From a virus: a stretch of DNA of 64,000 nucleotides. The notes under the pieces were generated by a model, which was given only the letters and a program-made list of their open reading frames with translations, was not told where the DNA came from and made no database searches. The DNA is taken from positions 1 through 64,000 of the IMG/VR virus record IMGVR_UViG_3300030329_003334; one strand, written 5' to 3'. Made by a program: the position numbers and the translations under genes. Positions 34,501-41,721 of this stretch are shown in pieces (positions within the stretch are counted from its first letter, which is position 1; the number at the start of each line of letters is the position of its first letter).

Positions 34501-36091
34501 TAATTGGGTATTAGTTTCTGATGTTTTATATATGCAATATGGAGAAGATCCTAGTACTGGAAAATTATATTGGATACCTGTGTCAAGGACTAGTCTTCCT
34601 GGTAAATTAATGGAGTTTGGTACCAAATCTATTTTAGATACTAACGATCCATATAGAGAAGCTTTTCCTTTTTCTAACGAACAAGAGGCTATGGATTATA
34701 TAGATGGTGTATTAAATGGTGATATAGATAGACAACAAGTATTAGATGAAATAGAAGATACTCAACAAGCATCTAAACAAGGATATGGTATAACTGTTAG
34801 TGAGGCGCAAAAAAGAGCAATAGAAATGATGGAAGATGGTGATCCTGATAAAATGAAAAAACTTATGGCTGCGTTTGAAAAAATGAGTCAAGGTGGCAAG
34901 GATAGGACTGATAAAATAATGAAGGCAATTGAAAAAGCAGATGAGAAAGATACTAATGCTCCTAAAGTTAAACAGATTAAGGCTGATCCTTCTTTTAAAA
35001 TACACTCTAAATCTGGATATGCAGCTAGAACTGCGGAAAATACTAAGTCACATGCTACTATAGATTTTTCTTTTGATCCTAATGTAGGATCAGGAGGAGT
35101 AAGAGGTACTACAAAAATTAATGTAGATAGGTTTAAACGTGAGTATATAGGTATTAGATTAGAATCAGATGGTACTATTCAAATAACTGATGAATTAGTT
35201 AAAGATATAGTTAATCAATTAAATAATGCTAATAAAGGCAAAGGAGCTGTAACTGTTAATATAGCGGGTCATGGTATAGCTAAAATGGCTAAACAAGGAG
35301 CTACTCAAAAACAATTAGATGATTCAGTGTATAAATTAGTTAAACAAATATTAGCTCATCCTGATCTTAAGAATAAAAATATTAAGATAAATACAGGAGG
35401 ACAGACAGGATTTGATGAAGCTGGTACTAAAGCAGCTATGAGATTAGGTATAGAGAATACTATTTTAGCTCCTAGAGGTTGGATGTTTAGAGATAAGGAA
35501 AATAATGATATTTCAGATGAACATGAGTTTAAAGCTAGATTTGGTATAGAAGCACTTGCTTCTACAGTTAAAGAAAAGAAAAAAACACGTTCTATGCAAC
35601 AAGAAGTAGGATTAACTAAAGTAGATTCTTTTCATAAATTTATTACAGAAGAAGGTTTTGTAAAAGTACCTCTTAAAAATTCTCAAAAAATGAAATATGA
35701 TGTAAAAGGTTGGGAAGGTATAGAGTTTTTTATAGAAACTGAAGGAAATAAAACTAGTGGTATTGTAACAGTATCTGAAGCTATAACAGGAGCTAGGGCA
35801 GTATCTGTTGAATATGGAAAAGATAAAAAGTCAAAGACTGCAAAAGAAGCAATATCTGAAGCTCGTAATCAAATGAAGGAAACAGCTAAAAAAGTTTCTT
35901 TTGATAAATTTAAAGCTACAATAGAAAAACATATAAAGGATTATGGATTAAATCCAGCTTATAGAAAACAAGTAAAATCTGATCCAAGTAAAACAGAAAA
36001 TCCTACTATGGATAAGATGTTAAAATTATTCGAACAACAACAGGTTGAGAAGAAGAAAAATGATGATAATTCAGAAACTAAATGTGATTAA
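22505..36091 (+). CDS. Giant virion RNA polymerase polyprotein (membrane-like N-terminus, zincin, two-barrel RNAP, SLOG-like domain)
   Basis: GYRIPTE and TGSDFDIDK (DFDID at 32126-32140); TGDAQGY, QLKYS, ESASKVG; HEAFH at 27122; GGQTGFD near 35395. Confidence 0.92.
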   Translation: MSKKQLNYSDLANKAINKINPVTNLPTGTSITNKTSNIIDPSPVKTTLDYAGLRNKSKTRSSSLLKPIKAPGIDLKDYKLVPEVRLHQGQETIDRIRANNQRWYKQLGNFVGQALLGEVVGGAVMGFGALAELPSFIIDSAQGKSADFDNVLMSLGNDLNEWTKEKMPIYQVAPNKSWQMDDFGWWMGNGVSIASTLSLMIPGMAVVRGVGWLGKAIKVADKIGDTTKYFSKLAIGAGTMRHGENMRESFQVANDARKLALDQFNKPGNYEDFINSEHGKDFINFTGADPDDPNSKKLAADYIAAKAGWRSYRVNSINIVFDALQIAPMFRGFKVGTRNTFGTASKVAKAQRTALGKPDPGRLSRAWSWSKSTLNPVVSATGRQLTEGIEEGINFIGGEEGTYKAEKILGLENSKFSSRFGEYIKDGHLWESAFWGVLGGIAFEGGIGLTQRWTGSNKNGPHSVPGKIAEIQQRKAFITQATNKLRAIQNADPSYTDITGEYNFQNITEEQRQDLIAEVKRDMAYNLGLNAAVTGNIDLLLEQLEDTKFQESLIESGVVEKEGIDQFIDDIKEDVLEAEDVYKKHVSRFIMSSATGAAKNLLINKSVDLDLQKSKINKTKQKLEERNTELKLKDTTYTKSEGNMDLAVRKAALQLSKAQMMIEMARADGLKFKSEEAKTEAINRYKKIIENIDSKLNEIDSQVKESGEKLPSVQGVDERIIDNQAAIEGYDIAEDVISGDIASLKTKKEAERAEKEIKEQAERSKELQVKLAEEAIKDSSLGLTDNSSAVEIREAIEKLKETEKGFRDKGMEEPADILSKKIKELEDRIGSGEKKNEVKRSKKETKGDQADPPNPNETEAEKLERLERQGLLPNQTDKDIDDMNPTVEDSITEDNTEQQTQDETVEVISETENNPIEFPDPISIGETEIFTFIGSLIYNRDLSTKGVVQVSDAIVKALKAIMDLKVGDKLQVIAVNKNDIELRDSKGNVIGYLNSVRGKEALLKKAKNALKTAENKEEKEYHARRVKSIETEIATIKSIRESLDQLWTDGVIKEGDRVGEMEVTDKLRGQLITNEVEGAKQFRGINQAFGKKISLYMNQKETVRQLEPIYDADGNAVPVFVGSGISAPMFGPGVIYTLVQDDTGGPPMAVPLSTANVDARHAEFVWEALLELANRMNKRADGKYINDLRNKEIKDLKDLINEITLTGSTMGIKIHNEKIEIPMPDGNVLQLYFREKGQGNMKGAPVKGGFNLRILTADEASGKVDKVKGNFVYGAKSMADIKTLTLAALTNLKRQVNKKNFTKKGKYKSPLTANLKSPILENTGQEYDSYYDYLTQEQTDDGLPVLRTDVGAVINEKNNVISHFVDTRVRMSNFKFLAGISPSGPGRGKVDEELPGGPGAQEIQRKAMERLAEEEEAPPDVTAKDVSEGLKESLGEQFLNKEDIKGMNIDPFDDAFDKLSRRDLDELNDNLDRAVTERDITEGYDKEDVDRAEKWFKKNLPHVPFSVVDGLIKEGPTAFGRFHNAAVSLSNIAKEGTAYHEAFHAVFHMYLNPVQRQELLKEAKERYGIEYMDLSTNSALRNKALFALLREKLPGYDANTLKKLITKRVIPPDVYTTPGNIDENTGIFLFMNKKEYAAKKKDTEDAIARMDQNAIQLDKLYSDLLLGIPLVDRTKEAIMKIAERLSDYSSEWNYFINMAKEITGSEGLLEFMAEAKDQLNKELNNIYDRSANLESELNLLNEFEQLVKNKELDEISIGIKASEIVLEEKLADEFMTYMQTGVEDTSWTGRIKQFFKDLLQYFKNLLGIGSAIDRLFYDIKTAKFTYKPDEAAVNHAKKVVMNRDVEGERVPDNNIPSEGFTDAEERALLNKLPALYYMVKQKMNAKAVAEANRTGERVKQPALDDIKAGVISLLSARSKIVDNVTHQRNLLRTIQALNKSDSDLWNKTIGIVARDYQVTSNSLVQGLEDAILNDELEGMNSDDLAEIKRNWDDGTTMGTDQKTRATGEVRSVVRMTQSIEDIVINKDGTVQYITEKDDFLGLTNFLDFDKVYPYLAANLAGIQNGEQLLLRLEELSKFDVSLLKLKNQIDPGYLTPREQELSTTEKQVIKEKKKILLAKFTVTFAKQTPTMDVDLVSERGKTTVHKPSRANNNDTKVILTTKWISNILTKHRNKEVDVKALANDIKKIASQIYIANQLDDAGLKKLSQDISKTFEKLGINLMEGTTNKMSEAIFNALSNPVFLIRHKTVGGILQNVFLSPLAWAADNLAKKDVVFDQVGSLRALAQAVRFFKYDIIQNTSLNVENKTQYTVSDSNFMSDFFARWKSDNPSERFALADDIDILLDMPSMKHSNWLKLMVRYNEDGSIMRMDDGTPILNDEFFELFDYSYEDGLKNTDNNKGIKYTNMEDADWYYLNLAKFINGLGRTAAENWSKFPQPIPSDSSNIIYITAPRYKGQFIYEKKKAEEEGQEDTEVSTNILRTDSGLSKALLNLVKQEVHAMHQAQLLLFEFDSEGNIKLDEFGKPIIKEDLDYRILQKDVHYKQGPNGEKLILDEDGYPLGEIFKFNSFVGLNNIIGIRSHVSPRTGKGFIKNLGIGNAEIKAINGVIQNTLTDEMLQLQANPVFMAQVSKLWALAKTTYATKEHFIIDFLGNQKISLVESQNWFAGNIAEFKNKQDSTKRAKQTNSPGMKQAGIFTNPMFGVIVIKDLVLPSQDIETIATTLKDDIQKRKNYKGTDAEFNMDNIIAENPQSSLEREVYRIARHYLAINTGDAQGYVSWERYKRQLKDNAMWNDDIALIVKKIDNDEYITPEELNAIMQPLKGFYYNRSIDKNTNRLRSRQLKYSTVPLIPQLIKGTDLEILADKMDAYGIDETVFESASKVGTLSVFKLHDENGRILPDIFEELVMADEFHVELLDNNRWMRQQDVPTKLEQVTGTLGTQIKDLIFTNLSNDSIYKVAFSEISFTGKELLQKNLAIAAANIEEDAMNLLMEIGAEIVEDSTAVGGIRVIFKNNKKVRALLIRELTKRGLNDNYIKAILPKPGTDEFNLPLFFSGMASKFESVLLSLFTNNVTNQKFPGFTSVQFSGAFFRTGKKASESVQALNEERMQGVEYIDGHDASQRLRTTRDSESGIITAEVIVSRPNMFNRPDGTPIPINEIDPEVLEMIGYRIPTEAKHSMVVFKVVGFTPAATGDIIILPDDIIAQTGSDFDIDKMQVMVYTSENGKKIHYDDDKSPSENSRDQRNNGLLDTFMSVLKNRYHLSEMLDTGNFDDLKEIREEMDNIDNIKEETFDISSFSGQDEMRKRNISGRILKGISATFNKFGAIAQNTKMVLSEPFIWKYRLTEIDEASGIEIKRNVEDFKARYGEENVRVEGEFIIVTHELIGWTRDNTHLNANGDLVLKHSAQGITGAVDISSDPTFSSFNVKAFTYPMVAAATLVGIPWKDIAWLTKQQIVKEVQDKYYEARGILGDNTPVHQIIRDIRNSFLNVSTNPTYQGKLFALLSDEKQKQILTLLNRAKKGDISWSDYFNKRAEIIGISEEVVPLSKNELKDLYLTSKNFDNLTKEEKIEYYKKQLQVLNNFEYFRKIGSAVSSTVSITKADTIGAGPQMTVTSNFERQLDSHFDNDGSIQVELENGELIDAALALHPSYFGRDAESVYPTLDTVYRFSNQLSIKSVGQHFIEQHPSFRMILDGVMETLRGDRFFKYDDRIEAIVRNWVVSYLLKDADIFSDLSDSDKRDILGITSKEDRNITSLAEDIASIQKRFPSLAQSDGHILAFLNPKLSEKDKKNNNGIEFIEVNEIPKDTVIQNHISRSLLRMYRGTALDADGRSLPEDVREELQRIAKKILQYEFITRGLNFGRNSLTEVIDTNIKLDEQLGAHLERKLQSFNMGNDPMKTGEENLNELIHKIIRANWFRHDMVPRVKRKTTKVLRWDKKTRQYQGKVETVRGTGNWVPNRDGIIVTEGRKKLDKEPPNVRNSQYVYVPIYKKITRGKNKGNWVLVSDVLYMQYGEDPSTGKLYWIPVSRTSLPGKLMEFGTKSILDTNDPYREAFPFSNEQEAMDYIDGVLNGDIDRQQVLDEIEDTQQASKQGYGITVSEAQKRAIEMMEDGDPDKMKKLMAAFEKMSQGGKDRTDKIMKAIEKADEKDTNAPKVKQIKADPSFKIHSKSGYAARTAENTKSHATIDFSFDPNVGSGGVRGTTKINVDRFKREYIGIRLESDGTIQITDELVKDIVNQLNNANKGKGAVTVNIAGHGIAKMAKQGATQKQLDDSVYKLVKQILAHPDLKNKNIKINTGGQTGFDEAGTKAAMRLGIENTILAPRGWMFRDKENNDISDEHEFKARFGIEALASTVKEKKKTRSMQQEVGLTKVDSFHKFITEEGFVKVPLKNSQKMKYDVKGWEGIEFFIETEGNKTSGIVTVSEAITGARAVSVEYGKDKKSKTAKEAISEARNQMKETAKKVSFDKFKATIEKHIKDYGLNPAYRKQVKSDPSKTENPTMDKMLKLFEQQQVEKKKNDDNSETKCD

Positions 36092-36093
36092 AT

Positions 36094-39000
36094 ATGGCAT
36101 GTAGATTAATAATAAAAGCTAAGAATGGTAAAGATAGTAAATTATTTAATGATTTGAATGATATATTTGGGGAAGAGTATGCTAAAAATTTATATGCTTT
36201 AGCTAACACAGATATATTTAAAACATGGTTAGCAAATAAATATGAATCTCCAGATTTCTCTTATAAGTATGATAACAATGGAGAAATAGAATATAGAGCG
36301 ATCTTAGAATTTTCTGAAAGTTATGATACTACTCCTATTAGCATGGCACGAGAATCTAGTAAAAATACAACTAGAAAAATAAATTTACTTAAACAAACAT
36401 TTAGAAATGTAGGTATTAATGTTAGTATTATAGAAGATTATGATATAGTAGGAAGAGCTCAGGTAGATCCTGCCACTGATGAGAATCAAGCTGTTATTAG
36501 ACTTAATCCTGATAAAGTATTTAAAGATACAATTATACATGAATTTGGTCATATATATGTAGATCTACTTGGAGAGGATCATCCTCTTGTTATAGCTGGT
36601 ATAAACCAACTTAAGAATACTGAATTATGGAAACAGGTAGAAGCAGCTTATCCTCATTTAACTCCTAATAAATTAGCTAAGGAAGTATTAGTAACTGCTA
36701 TTGGAAGAGAAGGTGCTGAAATTTTTGATACACAACGAGATCAGAGTAGGTTTCAAAGGGTACTTAATGCTATTTTTTCAGCTATATCTAGAGTATTAGG
36801 ATTAAATAGTTCTAATATTGCTAAAAGATTAGCTACAGAAATGCTTAACCAAAATCTTCAAAGAAATTTATCTGGAAAATTATCTGACTATACACAGCAT
36901 TCTATTAATGTAGAAGAAGGATTAAATCAAAAAGAACTTAATAAATATTTAAGTAATAAAATAGGTAATTTACATAAACAAATACGTAAGTTTAAATCTA
37001 TTGCTCCTGAATTTTCTGAAAGTTTAAAAGATATAGTTGATGAAATACAAAAAGCAGATACTCATGAACAATTAGAAAAGTTAAATACATATATATCTAG
37101 TACTTTAGGACGTGTTATTCAAATAGAAGATGACAATGGAAATGTGGTAGAAAGAGCAACAGGTATTGAAGGTCGTCTTATAGAAGTGGAAAATATGCTG
37201 GATGAAATTGATAGATTAAAAAACGCTGTCGCGGTAAAAGAATTAAATGGTAAACAATTAAGTCAAGAAGATATTAATAGATTAGAAGAGGATATTAAAG
37301 TGAAATTAATGTCAGTTATTAGATCTTTATATCATGCTAATGTTATGGTAGACTCTTTTAATGATATATCTGATTTAGATGATAGAGCAGAATATCCTCC
37401 TGTTATAAAAAAAGCAATACGAAGCTTACAAGATAATATAGGAAAAATAGCTAAATTAAGAGCAAGAAGTATAAGATTAGGTAAAAGAGCTTTTATAACG
37501 CAACTTAAAGAATATACTTCTAATAAAGAAATATTAGATAATGCTGAAAATATATTTGAAAATAATTTTGATGAATCTGGGACTCAGCGTTGGATGGATG
37601 CTTTAGCTGATACAAATCATTCTTTTATAGCTTTAGTAAGAAAAAGAGTAGCTGAAGAATTAGACAAGAAAAGATTAGATGTTATAAGATTAAAGAGAGA
37701 GTGGGAAGATGAAGTAAAAATTCTTAAACAAAATGGTATAAAATTAGAAGACTTTTTTGAAGAAGTAGATGGAATCAAAACAGGTCGTTTTATACAAGAA
37801 TATGATGAGGCTGAGTTTTATAGGTTAAAATCAGAAATGTTTGATAGGTATTTTAGTTTAATGAATAGAGCTAATGCTTTAGCTAAAGGTACTAAAGAAA
37901 GAAGCGAATTACTTAAAGAAGCTAAGAAATTAATTAGAGATTTTTATCAAGAAAATACACAACCTATTGAAAATTGGCAACAAATAGTTGAAGCTAAAAA
38001 AGCAAAATTATCTCCTGAAAGATTCGAACAATGGTTAAAAGATAATTTTTATAGTGGACGTGGAGGCAGGTTATATCCTAGAGGTAAAGAAGTTGTTGAA
38101 ATGAAAAAAGAAAAATTTCGTAATCCTAAATTTGATATTTTAATGTCTGATCCAGTTAAAAAAAGGTTTTATGAATATTACCAACGTCTTATAAACGAAT
38201 TAACAGCGCACAGTAATAATGATTTTTTAAGACGAGGATTTTTACCTGCTGTTCCTCTAGATCAGAGAAACTATATACAAGCTTTAAGAGATAATGTAGG
38301 TTGGAGAACTTTACAAGAAGAACAAGAAGAATTTCAAGAAGATGAAGCTAAAGAAGTATTAGTAGATGAAACTGGTAAAGTAATTAATTTCATACCTTTC
38401 TATTATATGACTAAATTAGATCAATTAGATTTAAAAGATATAAATAATGAAAGTCTTACTAATGAAGAAATAGAGGAGAGAATAAAAGAAAATAAAAAAA
38501 TTAGAGAAGAAAATAAAAGAAGACATGCAGAAAGATTAGATTTTAATCTAGAAAAAACTATGCCTCGTTTTATAGATACGGCTTTAAATCATAGAGCTAA
38601 AACAGCTATGGAGGAAGAAGTATTATTTGCTAGAGAAATATTGACTCATACTCAAATAAGAAAAAAGACAGGAAGTATATTAGGAAGAGGTAAAAGAGTT
38701 ATAGATAAAACTTTTAAGCAAGATATGAATGAAGATAGAGATGCAACTGATGATGCATCAGAGTCTAATATATTAAAACATTTTGATGATTGGATACAGA
38801 TGGTGTTTTATGAAAAATTTGAAGAAGACGAAGGTGCTTGGACTAAAGCTTCTAGAGTATTACAAAATTGGGCCTCTCTTAGAGGTATTGGTTGGAATGT
38901 ATTTTCTGGTATAAATAATAAGATGTATGGATTTATGCAAACTCATATAGAAGCAGCGGGTAGTCAGTTTTTTGGTTATTCAGAATATAGGAAAGCAAGT

Positions 39001-40230
39001 TCAGATTATTATGCTAATATACATGAGTATTTAATGGAAGGAATTACTTCTAGTGTAAAAGGAGAAGAATCTAATGTATTTTCTTCTAATAGTAAAGCAG
39101 GAGGATTAATGGTTATGTTTGATATATTACAATCTCAAGATGAATTAGCTGAGCAAGCGGGAGGGCCTGAAAGATCTAAATTACATAAATTTAAGTTCTT
39201 TACAGATTCTGCTTATGCGATGCAACATATTGGAGAACATAGTATGCAAAATATTACTATGTTAGCTATGCTTAGAAGATATAAAGTAGATCCTAGTAAT
39301 GGAAAAATTTATAGAAATTCTGAAGCATATGCTAGAAAAAATGGATTATCTTATAATACTCCTGAAGAGAAAGCAGATATTCAAAAGAAATTTAAAGAGC
39401 TAGAATCTGTATACGATGTATATGAATTAGTAGATGGTTATACACAACTTAAAAAAGGAAGATTTATATCTGATAAAGAATGGTCTGAATTTAGACAAGA
39501 AATTATAGGTGTAAATCAATATATGCATGGTATTTATAATAAAGAAGATGCGGGCGCCATGCAAAAATATGGTCTTGCAAGATTAGCAATACAATTTAGA
39601 AAATGGGCCCGTCCTGGATGGAACCGTAGATGGGGTAGTAAATTTGGACAATCTTATTGGAATGAAAGACGTAATATGTTAGATGAAGGTATGTATGTAA
39701 CTACAGCTAAATTTACATGGCAATTATTAAAAGACTATAGAAACTTTTTTAGTAATTCTAAATTAAATTGGGATAGTCTCGATGAAACACAGAAAGCAAA
39801 TGTTAAACGATCAGCTATGGAATTATTACTTCTAATTAGTGTTATATTATTTACTCAAATGCTAAAAGGAATGGAAGAAGAAGACGATGATTTAAAAGAA
39901 AGTAAAGCATTTAATATTCTTATGTATCAATCAGATAGATTATGGACTGAAATAGCTACTTATTCTCCTGTATACGGTTGGTTTAATGAGGCTAGTAAGT
40001 TAATGCAATCTCCTACTGCTTCTTGGAATATGGTTGAAGATGTATATAAATTAGCTTATAATACTTTTGCTTATCCATTTAGAACTGAAAAAGAAAGAAT
40101 ATTTAAATCTGGCGTTAATTATGGAGATGATAAAATAAATACATATCTTAGAAAATCTGTTCCTTTATATAATCAAGTAGGTAGATGGAATAGATTAGAA
40201 AAACATAATAAATTTTATAAACTATTCTAA
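36094..40230 (+). CDS. Large ejection protein with zincin motif
   Basis: TIIHEFGH (36538)...KEVLVTAIG; helical body; hydrophobic segment near C-terminus; follows RNAP. Confidence 0.75.
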   Translation: MACRLIIKAKNGKDSKLFNDLNDIFGEEYAKNLYALANTDIFKTWLANKYESPDFSYKYDNNGEIEYRAILEFSESYDTTPISMARESSKNTTRKINLLKQTFRNVGINVSIIEDYDIVGRAQVDPATDENQAVIRLNPDKVFKDTIIHEFGHIYVDLLGEDHPLVIAGINQLKNTELWKQVEAAYPHLTPNKLAKEVLVTAIGREGAEIFDTQRDQSRFQRVLNAIFSAISRVLGLNSSNIAKRLATEMLNQNLQRNLSGKLSDYTQHSINVEEGLNQKELNKYLSNKIGNLHKQIRKFKSIAPEFSESLKDIVDEIQKADTHEQLEKLNTYISSTLGRVIQIEDDNGNVVERATGIEGRLIEVENMLDEIDRLKNAVAVKELNGKQLSQEDINRLEEDIKVKLMSVIRSLYHANVMVDSFNDISDLDDRAEYPPVIKKAIRSLQDNIGKIAKLRARSIRLGKRAFITQLKEYTSNKEILDNAENIFENNFDESGTQRWMDALADTNHSFIALVRKRVAEELDKKRLDVIRLKREWEDEVKILKQNGIKLEDFFEEVDGIKTGRFIQEYDEAEFYRLKSEMFDRYFSLMNRANALAKGTKERSELLKEAKKLIRDFYQENTQPIENWQQIVEAKKAKLSPERFEQWLKDNFYSGRGGRLYPRGKEVVEMKKEKFRNPKFDILMSDPVKKRFYEYYQRLINELTAHSNNDFLRRGFLPAVPLDQRNYIQALRDNVGWRTLQEEQEEFQEDEAKEVLVDETGKVINFIPFYYMTKLDQLDLKDINNESLTNEEIEERIKENKKIREENKRRHAERLDFNLEKTMPRFIDTALNHRAKTAMEEEVLFAREILTHTQIRKKTGSILGRGKRVIDKTFKQDMNEDRDATDDASESNILKHFDDWIQMVFYEKFEEDEGAWTKASRVLQNWASLRGIGWNVFSGINNKMYGFMQTHIEAAGSQFFGYSEYRKASSDYYANIHEYLMEGITSSVKGEESNVFSSNSKAGGLMVMFDILQSQDELAEQAGGPERSKLHKFKFFTDSAYAMQHIGEHSMQNITMLAMLRRYKVDPSNGKIYRNSEAYARKNGLSYNTPEEKADIQKKFKELESVYDVYELVDGYTQLKKGRFISDKEWSEFRQEIIGVNQYMHGIYNKEDAGAMQKYGLARLAIQFRKWARPGWNRRWGSKFGQSYWNERRNMLDEGMYVTTAKFTWQLLKDYRNFFSNSKLNWDSLDETQKANVKRSAMELLLLISVILFTQMLKGMEEEDDDLKESKAFNILMYQSDRLWTEIATYSPVYGWFNEASKLMQSPTASWNMVEDVYKLAYNTFAYPFRTEKERIFKSGVNYGDDKINTYLRKSVPLYNQVGRWNRLEKHNKFYKLF

Positions 40231-40250
40231 TTATTCCTTTGAGCAAGGAT

Positions 40251-40294
40251 AAAAAAAAGAAGTAGAGAGGGATACAATTAAGTATCCCTCTTTT
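40251..40294. terminator. Bidirectional intrinsic terminator between convergent modules
   Basis: AGAGGGATAC-AATTAA-GTATCCCTCT hairpin, T run to the right and A8 to the left. Confidence 0.85.
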
Positions 40295-40330
40295 AGTAAA
40301 ATCGAATAAAACTAAAAACTACTTCAATAA

Positions 40331-41704
40331 TTATCTATATCTATCTTTTACTGATTTAGCTACTATTTCAAAATAACCACCATCCTTATTTTTAAATGAT
40401 TTTTCAAACTTACCATCTATCCAAAATAATATTTGATTATTATCGTGATATTTTTCAAAACATTCTGGTAATCTTCCACAATCTAGAACAACAAAGTAAA
40501 CCTTATCAGAATAGTCTTCAATGGGATCGAAATAATCATATCCATCTGTTACTATAATACTTGGTCTATTTTGTTGTTTACTTTTATCTATACATTGCTT
40601 AATATCAGTACCTCCATCAAATGTTTTACTGAAAATTTCACCCTCGTTTAATTTAACTAATTGATCAGTACTGGAAAATAAATATACATCTTTTAATATA
40701 CCTAACTTTAGCATTTTATAAACAAAAATTCTAGATAGTGTTCTCAAAGTGGTAGTTTTTGATTGTGATTCTGTACCATCATTAAAGTTAACTCTGCCGC
40801 ACATTGATCCAGAATCATCTATATAGACATCAAATCCCATATAATATTTTTTTTCATTTACAGATAAATCAGGATATAATACTTCATGTAAAAAGTTTTC
40901 TAAGTTATTAATATCATCTATATCATCTGCATCAAATAAAGAATCTTCATTAGTTTTAGCTATTCCTCCTATAGATTCTGTTGCATTAGTTACTATACTT
41001 TTAACAAATTGGTTTATTTGTCTTTTAGTTATATTAACTTTATTTAATATACCAGAGTCTAATAAAGAATCTACCATTTTTAAATCTGCAGGATGATTTC
41101 CTTTACCTATACCCATATCATCTGCTTTTCTAATACTTTTTCTTATCTTATTCATAGCTCTAGTTGCAGCATTATTTAATCCTTTACCAATATCATTTTG
41201 ATTAATGTCTTCTCCATTTTTTATTAATTGATTTAGATTATCCATTGTTTCTTTAAAGTCATGGCTAGAATTATCATAAAAATATTTTCCTAAAGTATCT
41301 ATAATTACTTTAGCTGCTATATAACTAAAACCAAATCTATCTTGAGTAACCATTCTTAATAAATGATTATCTAAACTAGATAGAAAATGATGAAACCAAT
41401 ACATTTTAGGATTTACTTTAACAATTCTTTTTTCATTAAACCATAACTTAAAGCAATCTAATGCCGCAGATTTTCCATAACTTTGATCAATTACATCGCT
41501 CTCTGATTCTTGATTAACTAAACCAATACCCTCTGAAAATTGTCTATAATATTGTGTATCTCTTAATTGCTTACATAACATATCAGCTATATAATTTTCT
41601 AGATTAGGTTTAATAATAGCATGTTTTTGAACAGATAGATCCACATCGGGATCTATCCATTCATTCAAAATATTATTATTATTTATATTATTTGTGTAAC
41701 TCAT
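40331..41704 (-). CDS. VWA-domain protein (MoxR partner)
   Basis: MIDAS DDSGS, GGTD, IVTDG; adjacent to AAA+. Confidence 0.85.
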   Translation of the reverse strand: MSYTNNINNNNILNEWIDPDVDLSVQKHAIIKPNLENYIADMLCKQLRDTQYYRQFSEGIGLVNQESESDVIDQSYGKSAALDCFKLWFNEKRIVKVNPKMYWFHHFLSSLDNHLLRMVTQDRFGFSYIAAKVIIDTLGKYFYDNSSHDFKETMDNLNQLIKNGEDINQNDIGKGLNNAATRAMNKIRKSIRKADDMGIGKGNHPADLKMVDSLLDSGILNKVNITKRQINQFVKSIVTNATESIGGIAKTNEDSLFDADDIDDINNLENFLHEVLYPDLSVNEKKYYMGFDVYIDDSGSMCGRVNFNDGTESQSKTTTLRTLSRIFVYKMLKLGILKDVYLFSSTDQLVKLNEGEIFSKTFDGGTDIKQCIDKSKQQNRPSIIVTDGYDYFDPIEDYSDKVYFVVLDCGRLPECFEKYHDNNQILFWIDGKFEKSFKNKDGGYFEIVAKSVKDRYR

Positions 41705-41721
41705 AATTTTTAATTTTTAAT

